The notes under the pieces are model-generated. The model was given only the letters and a program-made list of their open reading frames with translations. It was not told the origin of the DNA and did not search any database. A DNA stretch of 64,000 nt from a phage, in sequence record OZ413489.1; one strand, written 5' to 3'. Shown here in pieces: positions 20,785-30,331 of the stretch. Within the stretch, counting starts at the first letter, position 1, and every line of letters begins with the position of its first letter. The translations under genes were made by a program, and so were the position numbers.

Positions 20785-22266
20785 TTACTTAGCGTACTCG
20801 ATTAATTCCACAGTTTTCCCAAAGCTCGGGATATAATTTTTATTATACCCTTCGGTGAGAACCCATAAAGTATCGTACTTTTTCCACTTGTTGTCAACAG
20901 CCTTTTGTTCAAAGTTATGCTCAAAGTATAGGTCGGTCAGGACGATGACATCTTTTGCATTTGGTATGTTGGCATCCAGATACTCGAACACGCAAGCAGC
21001 TGTTGTGCCCCATGTTGAGTGGACCTCATAGTTAATCATCTCATCGATGTTACCGCGAGTGTATACTTTAACCTCTCCAACCTCCGTTGACCAACAGAAC
21101 ATAGTAACCTTAAACTCTTTATACAAATTGCACAACCCGGTGATCTCATTGAACATTTTCTTTAAAGTTCTTTGTGAGATCGACCCAGAAACGTCTAAAG
21201 CCACTACAATATCTATAGTGTTTTCCGGATTACGACCAGGAACAATAACGTGTTGATTCTTGTTTATAGCTCCAACTTTTCGCATTGTGGTGGTCAAAGA
21301 CCCAGATCGGCGACCAGGTTTTCTGTAGGTTAACTCAGCCTTTCTTTTAGATAACATACGTTGCTTAATAATATCTATATAATTGATTACAGGCTTGCCT
21401 CTGTTTTTGACAAACTCGCGCACCGCCTCGGGGCAACGACCTCCTGAAGCTTGCATTGCTGCTTCCAACATGTCACCAGAGTCCTGCATGGCCTGATCTT
21501 TGTCAGATTGACTGATTACTGGTTGCGGCTGATCATACCCCATAGCCTTTCCAAGATCATCACTAGTGCCACCGTTCCCGCTCATGTGATCATCGGTTTG
21601 TCGTTTATCTCCTTGGGAGTTCTCACCTTTACCGTTCTTACTTTTACCGTTATTCTGATCTCTTTGCTTATCAAGAACTGCATAGACGTTCTCAGCAATC
21701 CATCCATGAAACCTCATGTCGCAGTAGCAATTAGCTAAGAAGCCAAAAGGCTTACCTTTTACGAACTCAGTGCTTTTCCCCTTCGGGAAGAAAACACAAG
21801 GAGGCTTACTAAAGTCAACCACAAGACCTGTGTTGATAACGTGATCACAAGCAATATTGAACAGTTCCGGCTCAAAGCTTTTACCACGGACCAGATGATC
21901 ACAGATAATATGCCCCACCTCATGTGACAGAAGAAAGGCCACCTCTTTCACAGATTTTGGGGAATAGAAAACCTCAGCCATCTCAAACTGCTTGTCAGTC
22001 AGAGATGCTTTAAGAATGGTTTTACGCTCATCCGCCAACCCCATAATGAACTCAGGGCTGTAGTAGATGCGTTTATGGTCGGTTGCCATGGTGGAGCACC
22101 ATGTGTGGTTTTCTACGAACTGCAACCCTGACAGTAGTGTGCCATAAAACGGCAGCTTTTCAAGGAGATACATACGTGCAGCCTGCAACATTCTCAGGGC
22201 ATCATCTTTCTGTGAGGCAATGATTTCTGAACTTCTGCTATCCATTAAAACTCCAGAAGGGGCCAT
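20785..22266 (-). CDS. VWA-domain protein with N-terminal metallopeptidase-like domain
   Basis: 493 aa; zincin-like motif HEVGHIICDH in the N-terminal half; MIDAS-like VVALDVSGSIS (DxSxS) in the C-terminal half. Confidence 0.7.
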   Translation of the reverse strand: MAPSGVLMDSRSSEIIASQKDDALRMLQAARMYLLEKLPFYGTLLSGLQFVENHTWCSTMATDHKRIYYSPEFIMGLADERKTILKASLTDKQFEMAEVFYSPKSVKEVAFLLSHEVGHIICDHLVRGKSFEPELFNIACDHVINTGLVVDFSKPPCVFFPKGKSTEFVKGKPFGFLANCYCDMRFHGWIAENVYAVLDKQRDQNNGKSKNGKGENSQGDKRQTDDHMSGNGGTSDDLGKAMGYDQPQPVISQSDKDQAMQDSGDMLEAAMQASGGRCPEAVREFVKNRGKPVINYIDIIKQRMLSKRKAELTYRKPGRRSGSLTTTMRKVGAINKNQHVIVPGRNPENTIDIVVALDVSGSISQRTLKKMFNEITGLCNLYKEFKVTMFCWSTEVGEVKVYTRGNIDEMINYEVHSTWGTTAACVFEYLDANIPNAKDVIVLTDLYFEHNFEQKAVDNKWKKYDTLWVLTEGYNKNYIPSFGKTVELIEYAK

Positions 22267-22278
22267 TGGCCCCTGTCA

Positions 22279-23256
22279 TTATTTAACGTGTTTGAAAATA
22301 CCTGCCAACTCGGTCATTGTCATGCGGGTGGTCTTCATAAGATCTGTCATAGCTTTCTCCATAATTGGAGATACTACCATAAAGTTTCCTTTAGTGAAAC
22401 CTTTATTCCAGTCGGTCACCAACAGTGGTTTAAGTCCAGCTCTGAGACGTTCACCAGTTAAAGCACAGCATTTGCGAATATACGAACTCTTAAATTGGCT
22501 GAACGACAGATCAACTTTCATACCTGCATCGTAGAACGTTTGACAATAGAAAGTGTAAGCCTTAGCAATCTCAACATCATCAGGCAGTGCAGGAACCTCT
22601 TCTGCAATCCCCTCTTCGACCTCCTGAGGCTCTTTTTCCTCTTCAGAGTTCTGTTCTTCAACTTCTTCTGTCACAGTCTCGTTCACGATGTCTGAAATGT
22701 GTTTGTTGGCTGCACGATCAGCCATGAAATTTTTAAAGTCCTGCATTGGTGACATATCTTCTTCCTCTTCGTCAAATAGTGCTAGTTTATCTTCTTCTGT
22801 CCCGTATTGCAAGATGAAATCTTCAAAAGTATAATAACCTTTCAATTTCTCCATACGCTCTTCGCTCAGGTGGAGCATCATCTGCTGGACAATTTTTCGA
22901 TCAGTTTTGTCTTTAATCAGGATTGCAGTCTTTTTATCTACCAGACAGTCTTTCAGAGCATTGCACCTCAACCCTACCACACAACAATTGTCAATTGCGT
23001 AAGGACCTTCATCATCTATACGCTCCAAAGATGGGTAGAAAGGATTCCCCAGCCCGTTTTCATCTGTGTGCATGTCAAAAGGTATAAGGGTATAGTCGCA
23101 TACTCCATCTCCTAAAAGTTTTTTACCAAATAGGAGGTATTCTTCCCATGACAGGTCGAACTCTATATCTCGTTTCCGTGCGTTATTCTGTTTGCGTCTA
23201 TATTTTTTGAGCAAGCGCTCTAACTCTTCTGGTGTATAATATTTTTCAAGATTCAT
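22279..23256 (-). CDS. Hypothetical protein with possible HNH-like motif and acidic linker
   Basis: Track ORF runs to 23322, but a minus-strand promoter sits inside its first 60 nt, so the start is more likely the Met of MNLEKYY (about 23256). Segment ERIDDEGPYAIDNCCVVGLRCNALK resembles an HNH core; long E-rich stretch. Confidence 0.45.
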   Translation of the reverse strand: MNLEKYYTPEELERLLKKYRRKQNNARKRDIEFDLSWEEYLLFGKKLLGDGVCDYTLIPFDMHTDENGLGNPFYPSLERIDDEGPYAIDNCCVVGLRCNALKDCLVDKKTAILIKDKTDRKIVQQMMLHLSEERMEKLKGYYTFEDFILQYGTEEDKLALFDEEEEDMSPMQDFKNFMADRAANKHISDIVNETVTEEVEEQNSEEEKEPQEVEEGIAEEVPALPDDVEIAKAYTFYCQTFYDAGMKVDLSFSQFKSSYIRKCCALTGERLRAGLKPLLVTDWNKGFTKGNFMVVSPIMEKAMTDLMKTTRMTMTELAGIFKHVK

Positions 23257-23287
23257 GAGTCGTCTCTCGTGCTCTGTAAGTGAAGAA

Positions 23288-23316
23288 ATCGTATCAATTG
23301 TCTCAACAGATGTCAA
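23288..23316 (-). promoter_or_regulatory. sigma70-type promoter (minus strand)
   Basis: Minus-strand reading TTGACA-17 bp-TACGAT, heading the minus block. Confidence 0.45.
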
Positions 23317-23329
23317 CATCAAAAACGTG

Positions 23330-23358
23330 TTGACTTTACTCTAACTCTACAATATAGT
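23330..23358 (+). promoter_or_regulatory. sigma70-type promoter (plus strand)
   Basis: TTGACT-17 bp-TATAGT, about 40 bp before the ATG at 23399; back-to-back with the minus promoter. Confidence 0.55.
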
Positions 23359-23398
23359 GCACCCATTCGAAAGAAAACTAACATAGGAGCACTTACTT

Positions 23399-24298
23399 AT
23401 GGCAAATCTTAACAGTTTTAGTACGCGGTGGAAACAGGACATAACAACCAATCTTTCAGCTGGGGACATCCTTTCTGCAATTTACGAGGCTTTAGATGAT
23501 AAAGCTACTTCAAAAGCGGTTTGTACCAACCCGCTAATTCCTGTAGTGATGAAGGTTATTGAGCGTAGATTGGTATCTGGGTCTGATAAGTGGACATATT
23601 TAGATAATGAAGGACACACCTATTCCAATGGGTACGTCGATATAAAAGTAGAATACGCGGTATCATACCGCCGGAGCGGTTCTGTAACTTTCAACTTCTC
23701 TGGAGGTTTTCGATCTCTGGCTACCTCACCTTTTGTTTCCTCAGAGGAGAAGTATGAGCTGCCATTTCTTTGGATGATGGCTAACGCGACAGGAAAAACC
23801 CCCGTTAGCATCCGAGTAAAATACAACTACAACGGATCTAGTAAGATCTATGCCGAAAGTGTCTCAGCAAGTTTTTATTTTGTGATGGGGGATGGAATCC
23901 TCAAACATATAAAGATGTGCGATATGCATGATGTTATAAATGAAGTGACTGATAAGAATGTTCTAGTGAAAGACCTCAACAATTTTTATACACCCGGAGA
24001 CTATTACGTCAGCCGTCCACTGTGCATCTTTAATGCCGCACACCCTCTAGGTGAGTATTTGATCGCCAATAGCGATATTGCCAATAACCGCTTCGAGGTA
24101 GCAAGAGTTCAGAATGAGGTATTGACATCTTGCAAGAGCGGTGATAAGTTTACCGAAGAAGAGATGGGTGTTTTAGAAATGATGGGATATAAGTGTAGCC
24201 TTTGGGTAGATGAGGTGTTTAATGATTGCATCTATGGACAGGATATTTACCCATTAAAGAAGTATACTGATACAAGTTTAATTTATGCAAGGGTTTGA
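23399..24298 (+). CDS. Hypothetical protein
   Basis: 299 aa; RBS ataggag; first gene after the divergent promoters. Confidence 0.55.
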   Translation: MANLNSFSTRWKQDITTNLSAGDILSAIYEALDDKATSKAVCTNPLIPVVMKVIERRLVSGSDKWTYLDNEGHTYSNGYVDIKVEYAVSYRRSGSVTFNFSGGFRSLATSPFVSSEEKYELPFLWMMANATGKTPVSIRVKYNYNGSSKIYAESVSASFYFVMGDGILKHIKMCDMHDVINEVTDKNVLVKDLNNFYTPGDYYVSRPLCIFNAAHPLGEYLIANSDIANNRFEVARVQNEVLTSCKSGDKFTEEEMGVLEMMGYKCSLWVDEVFNDCIYGQDIYPLKKYTDTSLIYARV

Positions 24299-24573
24299 CT
24301 ATGATGAAGGCATGTGGTAATGTATATTACGTCGGTGAACATGTTCAGGCAGACAGTGTGTGGAAATCTATTAAGTCCACCACTGACGATGCCTTTCTGA
24401 GTGGACTATGTTTCCCCAATCCGGGAGACATCCTCCCTCATCCTGGAGATTTTGTTGTCAACAAGATGGACGGTTATACCGTGTGCCTGATGGTTGAAAA
24501 AATCTTTTTAGACACTAGACACAATCACCGTCTTGTGTTAAAATTTCAAGAATGTAAAATGACAATTGCCTAA
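24295..24573 (+). CDS. Hypothetical protein
   Basis: 92 aa; start overlaps upstream stop (ATGA). Confidence 0.45.
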   Translation: MTMMKACGNVYYVGEHVQADSVWKSIKSTTDDAFLSGLCFPNPGDILPHPGDFVVNKMDGYTVCLMVEKIFLDTRHNHRLVLKFQECKMTIA

Positions 24574-24586
24574 GGAGACCTTACCG

Positions 24587-24943
24587 ATGTCTAAAGTTAC
24601 TTATCGTGCAGCTATTTACTGCAATGAACACCCAATCAACAATGATGGTCACTGCCTTTTTAAAGAAAATCAGTTGGGATGTATTGTCCTCCCTGATGAA
24701 GGGAAAGGTTATCTGATTGCATTGACAGGGTTTGAACCTGAAGCTCTGGAAGCCAATCTGGACTACCTGGTAGAAGAGGGTGCTGCAGACCTGGTTGCCA
24801 ATGGCTTCTCCATAAGCCTTGACGAAGTGGAGCGCTTCATGGGCAATTACCGTGTAGTGCGTGAGTTTACTATCGAGGTGGAAACTCCAGAGTGGGGTAG
24901 CCATGAAACTAATGCCGAAGAAAAAGAAGAGGAGGTAGAATAA
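24587..24943 (+). CDS. Hypothetical acidic protein
   Basis: Track ORF from 24566; the ATG at 24587 is preceded by RBS aaggag. Confidence 0.45.
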   Translation: MSKVTYRAAIYCNEHPINNDGHCLFKENQLGCIVLPDEGKGYLIALTGFEPEALEANLDYLVEEGAADLVANGFSISLDEVERFMGNYRVVREFTIEVETPEWGSHETNAEEKEEEVE

Positions 24944-25200
24944 TGAAAGTGCAGATCTTGACTAATGCCGAGAAGATGTTTATTGAAGATACACCTTTTG
25001 AAGCTGGTGAGCTCCAGTTCATTTATTTTGTTGACTTAGATAAGGTGTTCCCTGCACTGAATCTTGGTCTGGATGAAGTTCCTCATAAGGTTTTGTGCCA
25101 AGTTGTTCGTGCATTAGCGGCAGATGGGGAGTTCCACACCCTTGAAGATGTCCAGACCTACGGGTATCTTGAACTACAACGAGAAGAAGAGGTGGACTGA
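24943..25200 (+). CDS. Hypothetical protein
   Basis: 85 aa; coupled start (ATGA). Confidence 0.45.
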   Translation: MKVQILTNAEKMFIEDTPFEAGELQFIYFVDLDKVFPALNLGLDEVPHKVLCQVVRALAADGEFHTLEDVQTYGYLELQREEEVD

Positions 25201-25202
25201 TA

Positions 25203-25583
25203 ATGGCCCGGTGGAAGACAACAGTTGACCTTCATGATCAGTGGTTAGGACGCATCACTGAAGACGGGAAGCTAGTGGAGTGGGACAATAAGCATGTTAG
25301 CGAGTTGGCAAGTATTGTGGCTGGCAAGTTACGCTCCAAGTTCCCTGAACAACTGGATCCTGATAGTTCAAAGTTCGATCCTGAGTTGGAGGATGTTGTA
25401 TACTACTTCGACACCGTTGATGACTACGACGCGTGGTTTGCAGCACGGGAGCTTTACCCACAAGGCTCTGCTATGCGTCAGATGGAAGAAGATTATCCTC
25501 CGTGTGAGCAATTCAATAGTGCAATGACTTGCCTCTATGATTGGGCAGATAAGAACCTTGTCTGGATTCGGACTGCATTTTAG
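25203..25583 (+). CDS. Hypothetical protein
   Basis: 126 aa ORF. Confidence 0.45.
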   Translation: MARWKTTVDLHDQWLGRITEDGKLVEWDNKHVSELASIVAGKLRSKFPEQLDPDSSKFDPELEDVVYYFDTVDDYDAWFAARELYPQGSAMRQMEEDYPPCEQFNSAMTCLYDWADKNLVWIRTAF

Positions 25584-25627
25584 TGGGCAGGAATGGCGGC
25601 AAGGATGCTGCTTAAGGAGTAGTAGAG

Positions 25628-25897
25628 ATGTTATACCAGCAATATGAACTTCGTGCAGAAAAAGAGTTAAATTTTGACAAAGATATTCACAGATATTATT
25701 ATGGGAAAGTTAGAGGGCAAGCAAGAAAGTGTACTCCAACACTCTTTTATGCCAGCAGACGACTAGCGCCAGAAGAGGCAACAGCAGAAAGGGTTGCGTA
25801 CAACTGGAGAGTCACGTATGATATTGACAGATCCGATGTGATATCTGTTTTGGAAAACTTTGAAAACACTTACACACAAGTAGAGGACTTTTACTAA
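25628..25897 (+). CDS. Hypothetical protein
   Basis: 89 aa; stop overlaps the ATPase start. Confidence 0.45.
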   Translation: MLYQQYELRAEKELNFDKDIHRYYYGKVRGQARKCTPTLFYASRRLAPEEATAERVAYNWRVTYDIDRSDVISVLENFENTYTQVEDFY

Positions 25898-27081
25898 TGT
25901 CAAGAAACGTATTCGAAAGTGGTCAAATCACTGTCCGTGAGTTGCCAGCTATTATTCAGTTTGCCCAACGTCATAGCCGATCTGTCCTAATTTTGGGACC
26001 AATGGGTGTGGGTAAAAGTCAGGTGATGAAGCAGATCGCTGATAATATGTTCGGTGAGCGAGATGACAACCTTGTTGACGTGCGACTGTCAGATAAAGAT
26101 CCTGCCGACTTATCTGGGCTACCTATCCCTGTAGAGGCGGATGGAACTACACGTACAGTGTTTGCAATTCCAGAATTTTGGCCTGCGGATCCTGACTGGA
26201 GCGGAATTATCTTTCTGGATGAGCTCACTCATGCAGATAACTACCTGCAAAAGGTTGCAATGCAAATTATGCTTGACCACAAGTGCGGTACCTATGCATT
26301 CCCTAAGGGTTCTGTTTTTGTGGCTGCTGGTAACCGTTCTACAGATGGTGCGGTTCTTTCGGCGCTCGAAGCCCCTCTGGCTAACCGTTTTATCATTGTA
26401 GAGGTTACAAGCAATGCAGAGGTGTTTATTGAGGACTACGCATTCCTTAATGGGGTGCACTCCTCTGTAATTGGATATCTGAAAAGAGTTCCATCAGCTA
26501 TCGATAATTATGAGGCCATGGCTGAGATTAATTGTCCATCTTTTGCCACACCGCGATCTTGGGTTGCTGCATCTGATATCTTGCACGATTTTGACAGCGG
26601 TATTATTTCTGACGCTATGGCCCGTGTTCTTCTGCAAGGTGCTATTGGTCACACTGCAGCGGTAGAGATCTGGACATACCACACCAAGAAACGCAATTTA
26701 CCTGAAATCGGTCGGATTATGGCAGGTGGTTGCAAAGAATACGTAGGTCCTAAGCAGCCAGACATTTTGTGGATTCTTGGATCTGAAGGTTGTATCGCTA
26801 TTCGTAATATGATGGAAAATGCAAGTATCTCAGACGAAGATCTTGTCAGCTGCGTGGCAAACTTCCTCGATTTCCTTTGGGAAAACTTCAAGGACGAGAA
26901 CCGAGATTTTGTATTCTCAGTCTTTATGGCGATGATGAAACCTAATGCCTTAGGAAATGCCTTGCTTATCGGCAAAGGGCGTGACAAGATTGTTGCTCAG
27001 CTGATCAAAGCATACCCAAACCTGATGAAGATTGTAAAAGAGTTTGGTGAAGAGTTTAGCGCCATTTTGGCTAAAGCTTAA
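25897..27081 (+). CDS. MoxR-like AAA+ ATPase
   Basis: 394 aa; Walker A LILGPMGVGKSQ, Walker B IIFLDELTHA, and the short single-AAA architecture typical of MoxR/CbbQ-type ATPases. Confidence 0.75.
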   Translation: MSRNVFESGQITVRELPAIIQFAQRHSRSVLILGPMGVGKSQVMKQIADNMFGERDDNLVDVRLSDKDPADLSGLPIPVEADGTTRTVFAIPEFWPADPDWSGIIFLDELTHADNYLQKVAMQIMLDHKCGTYAFPKGSVFVAAGNRSTDGAVLSALEAPLANRFIIVEVTSNAEVFIEDYAFLNGVHSSVIGYLKRVPSAIDNYEAMAEINCPSFATPRSWVAASDILHDFDSGIISDAMARVLLQGAIGHTAAVEIWTYHTKKRNLPEIGRIMAGGCKEYVGPKQPDILWILGSEGCIAIRNMMENASISDEDLVSCVANFLDFLWENFKDENRDFVFSVFMAMMKPNALGNALLIGKGRDKIVAQLIKAYPNLMKIVKEFGEEFSAILAKA

Positions 27082-27090
27082 GGGGGTTGT

Positions 27091-27471
27091 ATGGCTAAAG
27101 TAGGTAAGCGGGGAAACTGCCTGGTGGTATTGACCGAGGAGCCGGAGAAGGAGTACGAATGCAGCTCCACTTGCGTGATCGATATCCGAGAAAAAGATGT
27201 AGATGAAATCTGGTTTAAAATATTGGACGCTTGCGACAGCAGTGATTATTTCTTCATCTATGTCAACGATAAGGCTGGGTTCTTCCATGACGACGGAGAG
27301 TTGCCGTATGAAATCTATGAACTTGTAGAGGCTTGCCATCGTGGAGATGCGGAGTTGTTTGGCTTACGGCTGAAAAGCGGTAAATTCTTCTATCAAGATG
27401 AGTGCATGAATCTTCATAACTTTGTAGAGGGAACTTGCAACGATGGAGAGATTTTGGCACACTATGATTAA
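27091..27471 (+). CDS. Hypothetical protein
   Basis: 126 aa; followed by a terminator. Confidence 0.45.
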   Translation: MAKVGKRGNCLVVLTEEPEKEYECSSTCVIDIREKDVDEIWFKILDACDSSDYFFIYVNDKAGFFHDDGELPYEIYELVEACHRGDAELFGLRLKSGKFFYQDECMNLHNFVEGTCNDGEILAHYD

Positions 27472-27477
27472 TTTCTA

Positions 27478-27512
27478 AGACCTCCCCCGCTTCGGCGGGG
27501 ATTTTCTATTTG
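27478..27512 (+). terminator. Rho-independent terminator
   Basis: Hairpin cccccgcttcggcgggg followed by attttctattt. Confidence 0.7.
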
Positions 27513-27520
27513 GAGTTATT

Positions 27521-28021
27521 GTGAAAATTAAGATCTTTGCTATTATTTTGAGCGCATTTTTATCGCTGCCTGTTGTTGCAGCACCAAAACAAAAAGTATA
27601 CCATACTTGCAAGCCATCAGATACTAAGGAAAACATTCTAGCATGCAATATCTACAGGGAAGCTAGAGGGGATGGCACGATGGGTATGCTGGCATCTGGG
27701 TTTGCCACCCTAAACAGGAAATCTCACCCCAAATACCCAGACACCATAAGAAAGATTGTCTACCAACCTAACCAGTTTTCGTGGACAAACCACGGCAAAA
27801 CTTTTAAGGTGACAGAAAAAGATTCATGGGATCACGCTAAAAGTCTTGCAAAGATGCTTCTAAAGGTCTATAATAACAACCATGTTGCATACATGGCTAT
27901 GGACATAACAGGTGGAGCAACACACTACCATACAACCAAAGTACGACCGAAATGGGCAAAAAAGATGCAGAGGACAGCTCAATTCGGGAGTCATATCTAC
28001 TACAAGGAGCGCAATAAATGA
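27521..28021 (+). CDS. Secreted SleB-like cell-wall hydrolase (candidate lysin)
   Basis: 166 aa; GTG start after RBS tggag; N-terminal signal-like peptide MKIKIFAIILSAFLSLPVVAAP; core residue pattern (YREARGDG ... NQFSW) resembles the SleB/Hydrolase_2 family. Confidence 0.6.
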   Translation: MKIKIFAIILSAFLSLPVVAAPKQKVYHTCKPSDTKENILACNIYREARGDGTMGMLASGFATLNRKSHPKYPDTIRKIVYQPNQFSWTNHGKTFKVTEKDSWDHAKSLAKMLLKVYNNNHVAYMAMDITGGATHYHTTKVRPKWAKKMQRTAQFGSHIYYKERNK

Positions 28022-28563
28022 TTGTAAACAGTAATGAAACTAAAGCAGTACTAACCGGAAATATGGAGGTCACCAGGGGCTCAATTTCTCTGAACAAAGA
28101 GACTTTTGGGCTAATCATTAAAGGGATTTACGAAGATAAGGTGCTGGCAAGCTGCCGTGAACCAATCTTCAATGCTGTGGACTCTCATGTTGAGTCTGGA
28201 CGGGGTGATGTACCGATCATCATTCACTCCCCTACAGACCTTGAACCATACTTCTTTGTGCAGGACGTTGGATTGGGTATGTCAGAAGAGATGGTCCGCA
28301 ACACTTTCATGAACCTCGGGGAGTCAACCAAGCGCAACAGCAACGCTCTGGTAGGTAATAAAGGTGTAGGTTCAAAGGCCCCGTTCAGCATGGTTGACCC
28401 TGCAGATGTGGTTAGTGTGCCATACCAACACAATAGCGCCAAGTGCCGTGCATGCCGCTATGAGATTGTGGTAGCTCCGGAAGCACGCAAAGATGGAGAC
28501 CCTATTGAATATGTAGTTGATCGTGACGGTAACACTATCGACATTCTTTACGAGGAGGCGTAA
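28018..28563 (+). CDS. Short GHKL-superfamily ATPase-domain protein
   Basis: 181 aa; Bergerat-fold motifs: N-box EPIFNAVDS, G1 box VQDVGLGM, G2-like GNKGVGSKAPF; too short to carry a transducer or dimerisation domain. Confidence 0.6.
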   Translation: MIVNSNETKAVLTGNMEVTRGSISLNKETFGLIIKGIYEDKVLASCREPIFNAVDSHVESGRGDVPIIIHSPTDLEPYFFVQDVGLGMSEEMVRNTFMNLGESTKRNSNALVGNKGVGSKAPFSMVDPADVVSVPYQHNSAKCRACRYEIVVAPEARKDGDPIEYVVDRDGNTIDILYEEA

Positions 28564-29933
28564 TGGAAAAAGGGCAGTATGATGTAGGCACAGATGCTGC
28601 CCTCGTTGCAATCATGAGCGGTGAGAATGTCTTCGTTTCAGGACCTGCAGGTTGTGGGAAGACGTATCTCATCAACATGATCCAGTCGATGTATGGAGAC
28701 TCTTGCATAACGGTTGCCCCGACAGGGGTAGCCGCTTTAAACGTTAATGGAGCAACAGCACACCGAACCTTCGATCTTGCAGCAGGTGTGAGCATGGAGT
28801 CAGACTGGACCGCAATAAGGGCAAAAACAGCAAAGCCTTTGAAAAGCAAGGCATTTACCATCCTAATTATCGATGAAATCTCTATGATCCGTGCTGATAA
28901 GTTTATAGAGATGGATAGGAAACTCCGCTTCCTTCGAAAAAATGACAAACCTTTCGGAGGCATACAGGTCATATTGTTTGGCGATTTTTACCAGGCACCT
29001 CCTGTTGTCTCTTCTATGGAGAAGGAAGCCTACTTCAACTTCTACCATACGGACCTGTGTTGCTATACCGAATCTTGGAAAGAGCTTGACCTCCACAACA
29101 TAGCCCTAATAGATCAGTTCCGACAGGAGTCTATTCGATTTGCCACAATGCTCAACTGTGTTCGTGAGGGTCGTCGCATAAAAGAGGTTGTAGCAGAACT
29201 TAATGCTCGCTGTTACAAAGGAGGTGTACCAACAGATGCTCTCACAATTTGCGCCACCAACAAACAAGCAGAGGAAGTGAACAGAAGGTTCTATGATGCC
29301 ATCAACGCCCCAGAGAAGGTATACACTGGTGAAATGAAGGGTAAGTTTCCCTCCACCCTGCCAGTTGAGCAGGAGATGAAGTTGAAAATTGGCATGAAAG
29401 TTATGATAACCGCCAACGATGTTGACCCGACGCACAAAGTACCTTATTATGTTAACGGAACACGTGCCACAATTGTTAAATTTAAGAACAAGGCGGTGGT
29501 GGTAGAGCTTGAAGATGGAACACAGGTTGACATAGAGCAGAGGTTGTGGGAGAATAACGAGTATAAGCCATCTCAGAGATACAACATTGCAGAAAGGAAG
29601 ATGGAGAAGTTTATAGAGAGGGTAGTGATTGGGTCATACAGGCAACTTCCTCTGAAATCTGGGTATGCCGTAACATCTCATAAAAGTCAAGGACTTACGC
29701 TAGATTGTTACAACCTGGACCTTGGAAAGAACGGAGCTTTCTCTCCTGGGATGACGTATGTTGCTTTGAGTCGGGTTAAGACAATACAAGGAATAAACTT
29801 GTTGCGTCCACTAAGAGAAGTTGACATTATTGTTGACCCGCGAGTCGTAGAGTTTTACAATACAACATTCCCTGACTTAGACAAAATTGTCAGGAAAGAT
29901 TTTGAAACCAGAGCCGAAGAGGGGGACGTATGA
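28563..29933 (+). CDS. Dda/RecD/Pif1-like SF1 DNA helicase
   Basis: 456 aa; Walker A GPAGCGKT, Walker B ILIIDEISM, C-terminal SH3-like fold motifs (YAVTSHKSQGLT). Confidence 0.8.
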   Translation: MEKGQYDVGTDAALVAIMSGENVFVSGPAGCGKTYLINMIQSMYGDSCITVAPTGVAALNVNGATAHRTFDLAAGVSMESDWTAIRAKTAKPLKSKAFTILIIDEISMIRADKFIEMDRKLRFLRKNDKPFGGIQVILFGDFYQAPPVVSSMEKEAYFNFYHTDLCCYTESWKELDLHNIALIDQFRQESIRFATMLNCVREGRRIKEVVAELNARCYKGGVPTDALTICATNKQAEEVNRRFYDAINAPEKVYTGEMKGKFPSTLPVEQEMKLKIGMKVMITANDVDPTHKVPYYVNGTRATIVKFKNKAVVVELEDGTQVDIEQRLWENNEYKPSQRYNIAERKMEKFIERVVIGSYRQLPLKSGYAVTSHKSQGLTLDCYNLDLGKNGAFSPGMTYVALSRVKTIQGINLLRPLREVDIIVDPRVVEFYNTTFPDLDKIVRKDFETRAEEGDV

Positions 29934-30271
29934 GTTTGTGGAGAAATATCGTTAACTACGTGTGCGGCAATCCAACTCCTGAAGAGAAGGATGTTGTGAT
30001 TCACGATTTTACTAAAAGATCTCGTGAAAAAGATCTACTGCTAACAAAGGTGACTGATAAAGATCCTGCAGTAGGGGACTGGGCAGGTTTTGCGTTTACA
30101 TCGGACAAATACACCTTTAACAAAGGTGACTACCTTGTTGTGGATTTTAACGAAGACATTGAGGGTGCTGAACCTTACTATCAAACCCTTATTGTTGCAG
30201 GGTGTGTTGATCTCTCTGCAGGCATGCACAGTTTGATTCTTTTTGAGCTTGACTCTGAAGACCTTGAGTAG
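29930..30271 (+). CDS. Hypothetical protein
   Basis: 113 aa; ATGA overlap with the helicase stop. Confidence 0.45.
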   Translation: MSLWRNIVNYVCGNPTPEEKDVVIHDFTKRSREKDLLLTKVTDKDPAVGDWAGFAFTSDKYTFNKGDYLVVDFNEDIEGAEPYYQTLIVAGCVDLSAGMHSLILFELDSEDLE

Positions 30272-30331
30272 TAAGATGTGAGTATAAAGGGGAGGCACTC
30301 CTCCCCACAAAAACTAAGGAAGCACTAAACG

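Noticed and set aside
30289-30306. Hairpin ggggaggcactcctcccc considered as a terminator
   Set aside because: No T-tract follows on the plus strand and there is no minus-strand gene to terminate; may be an RNA structure instead.
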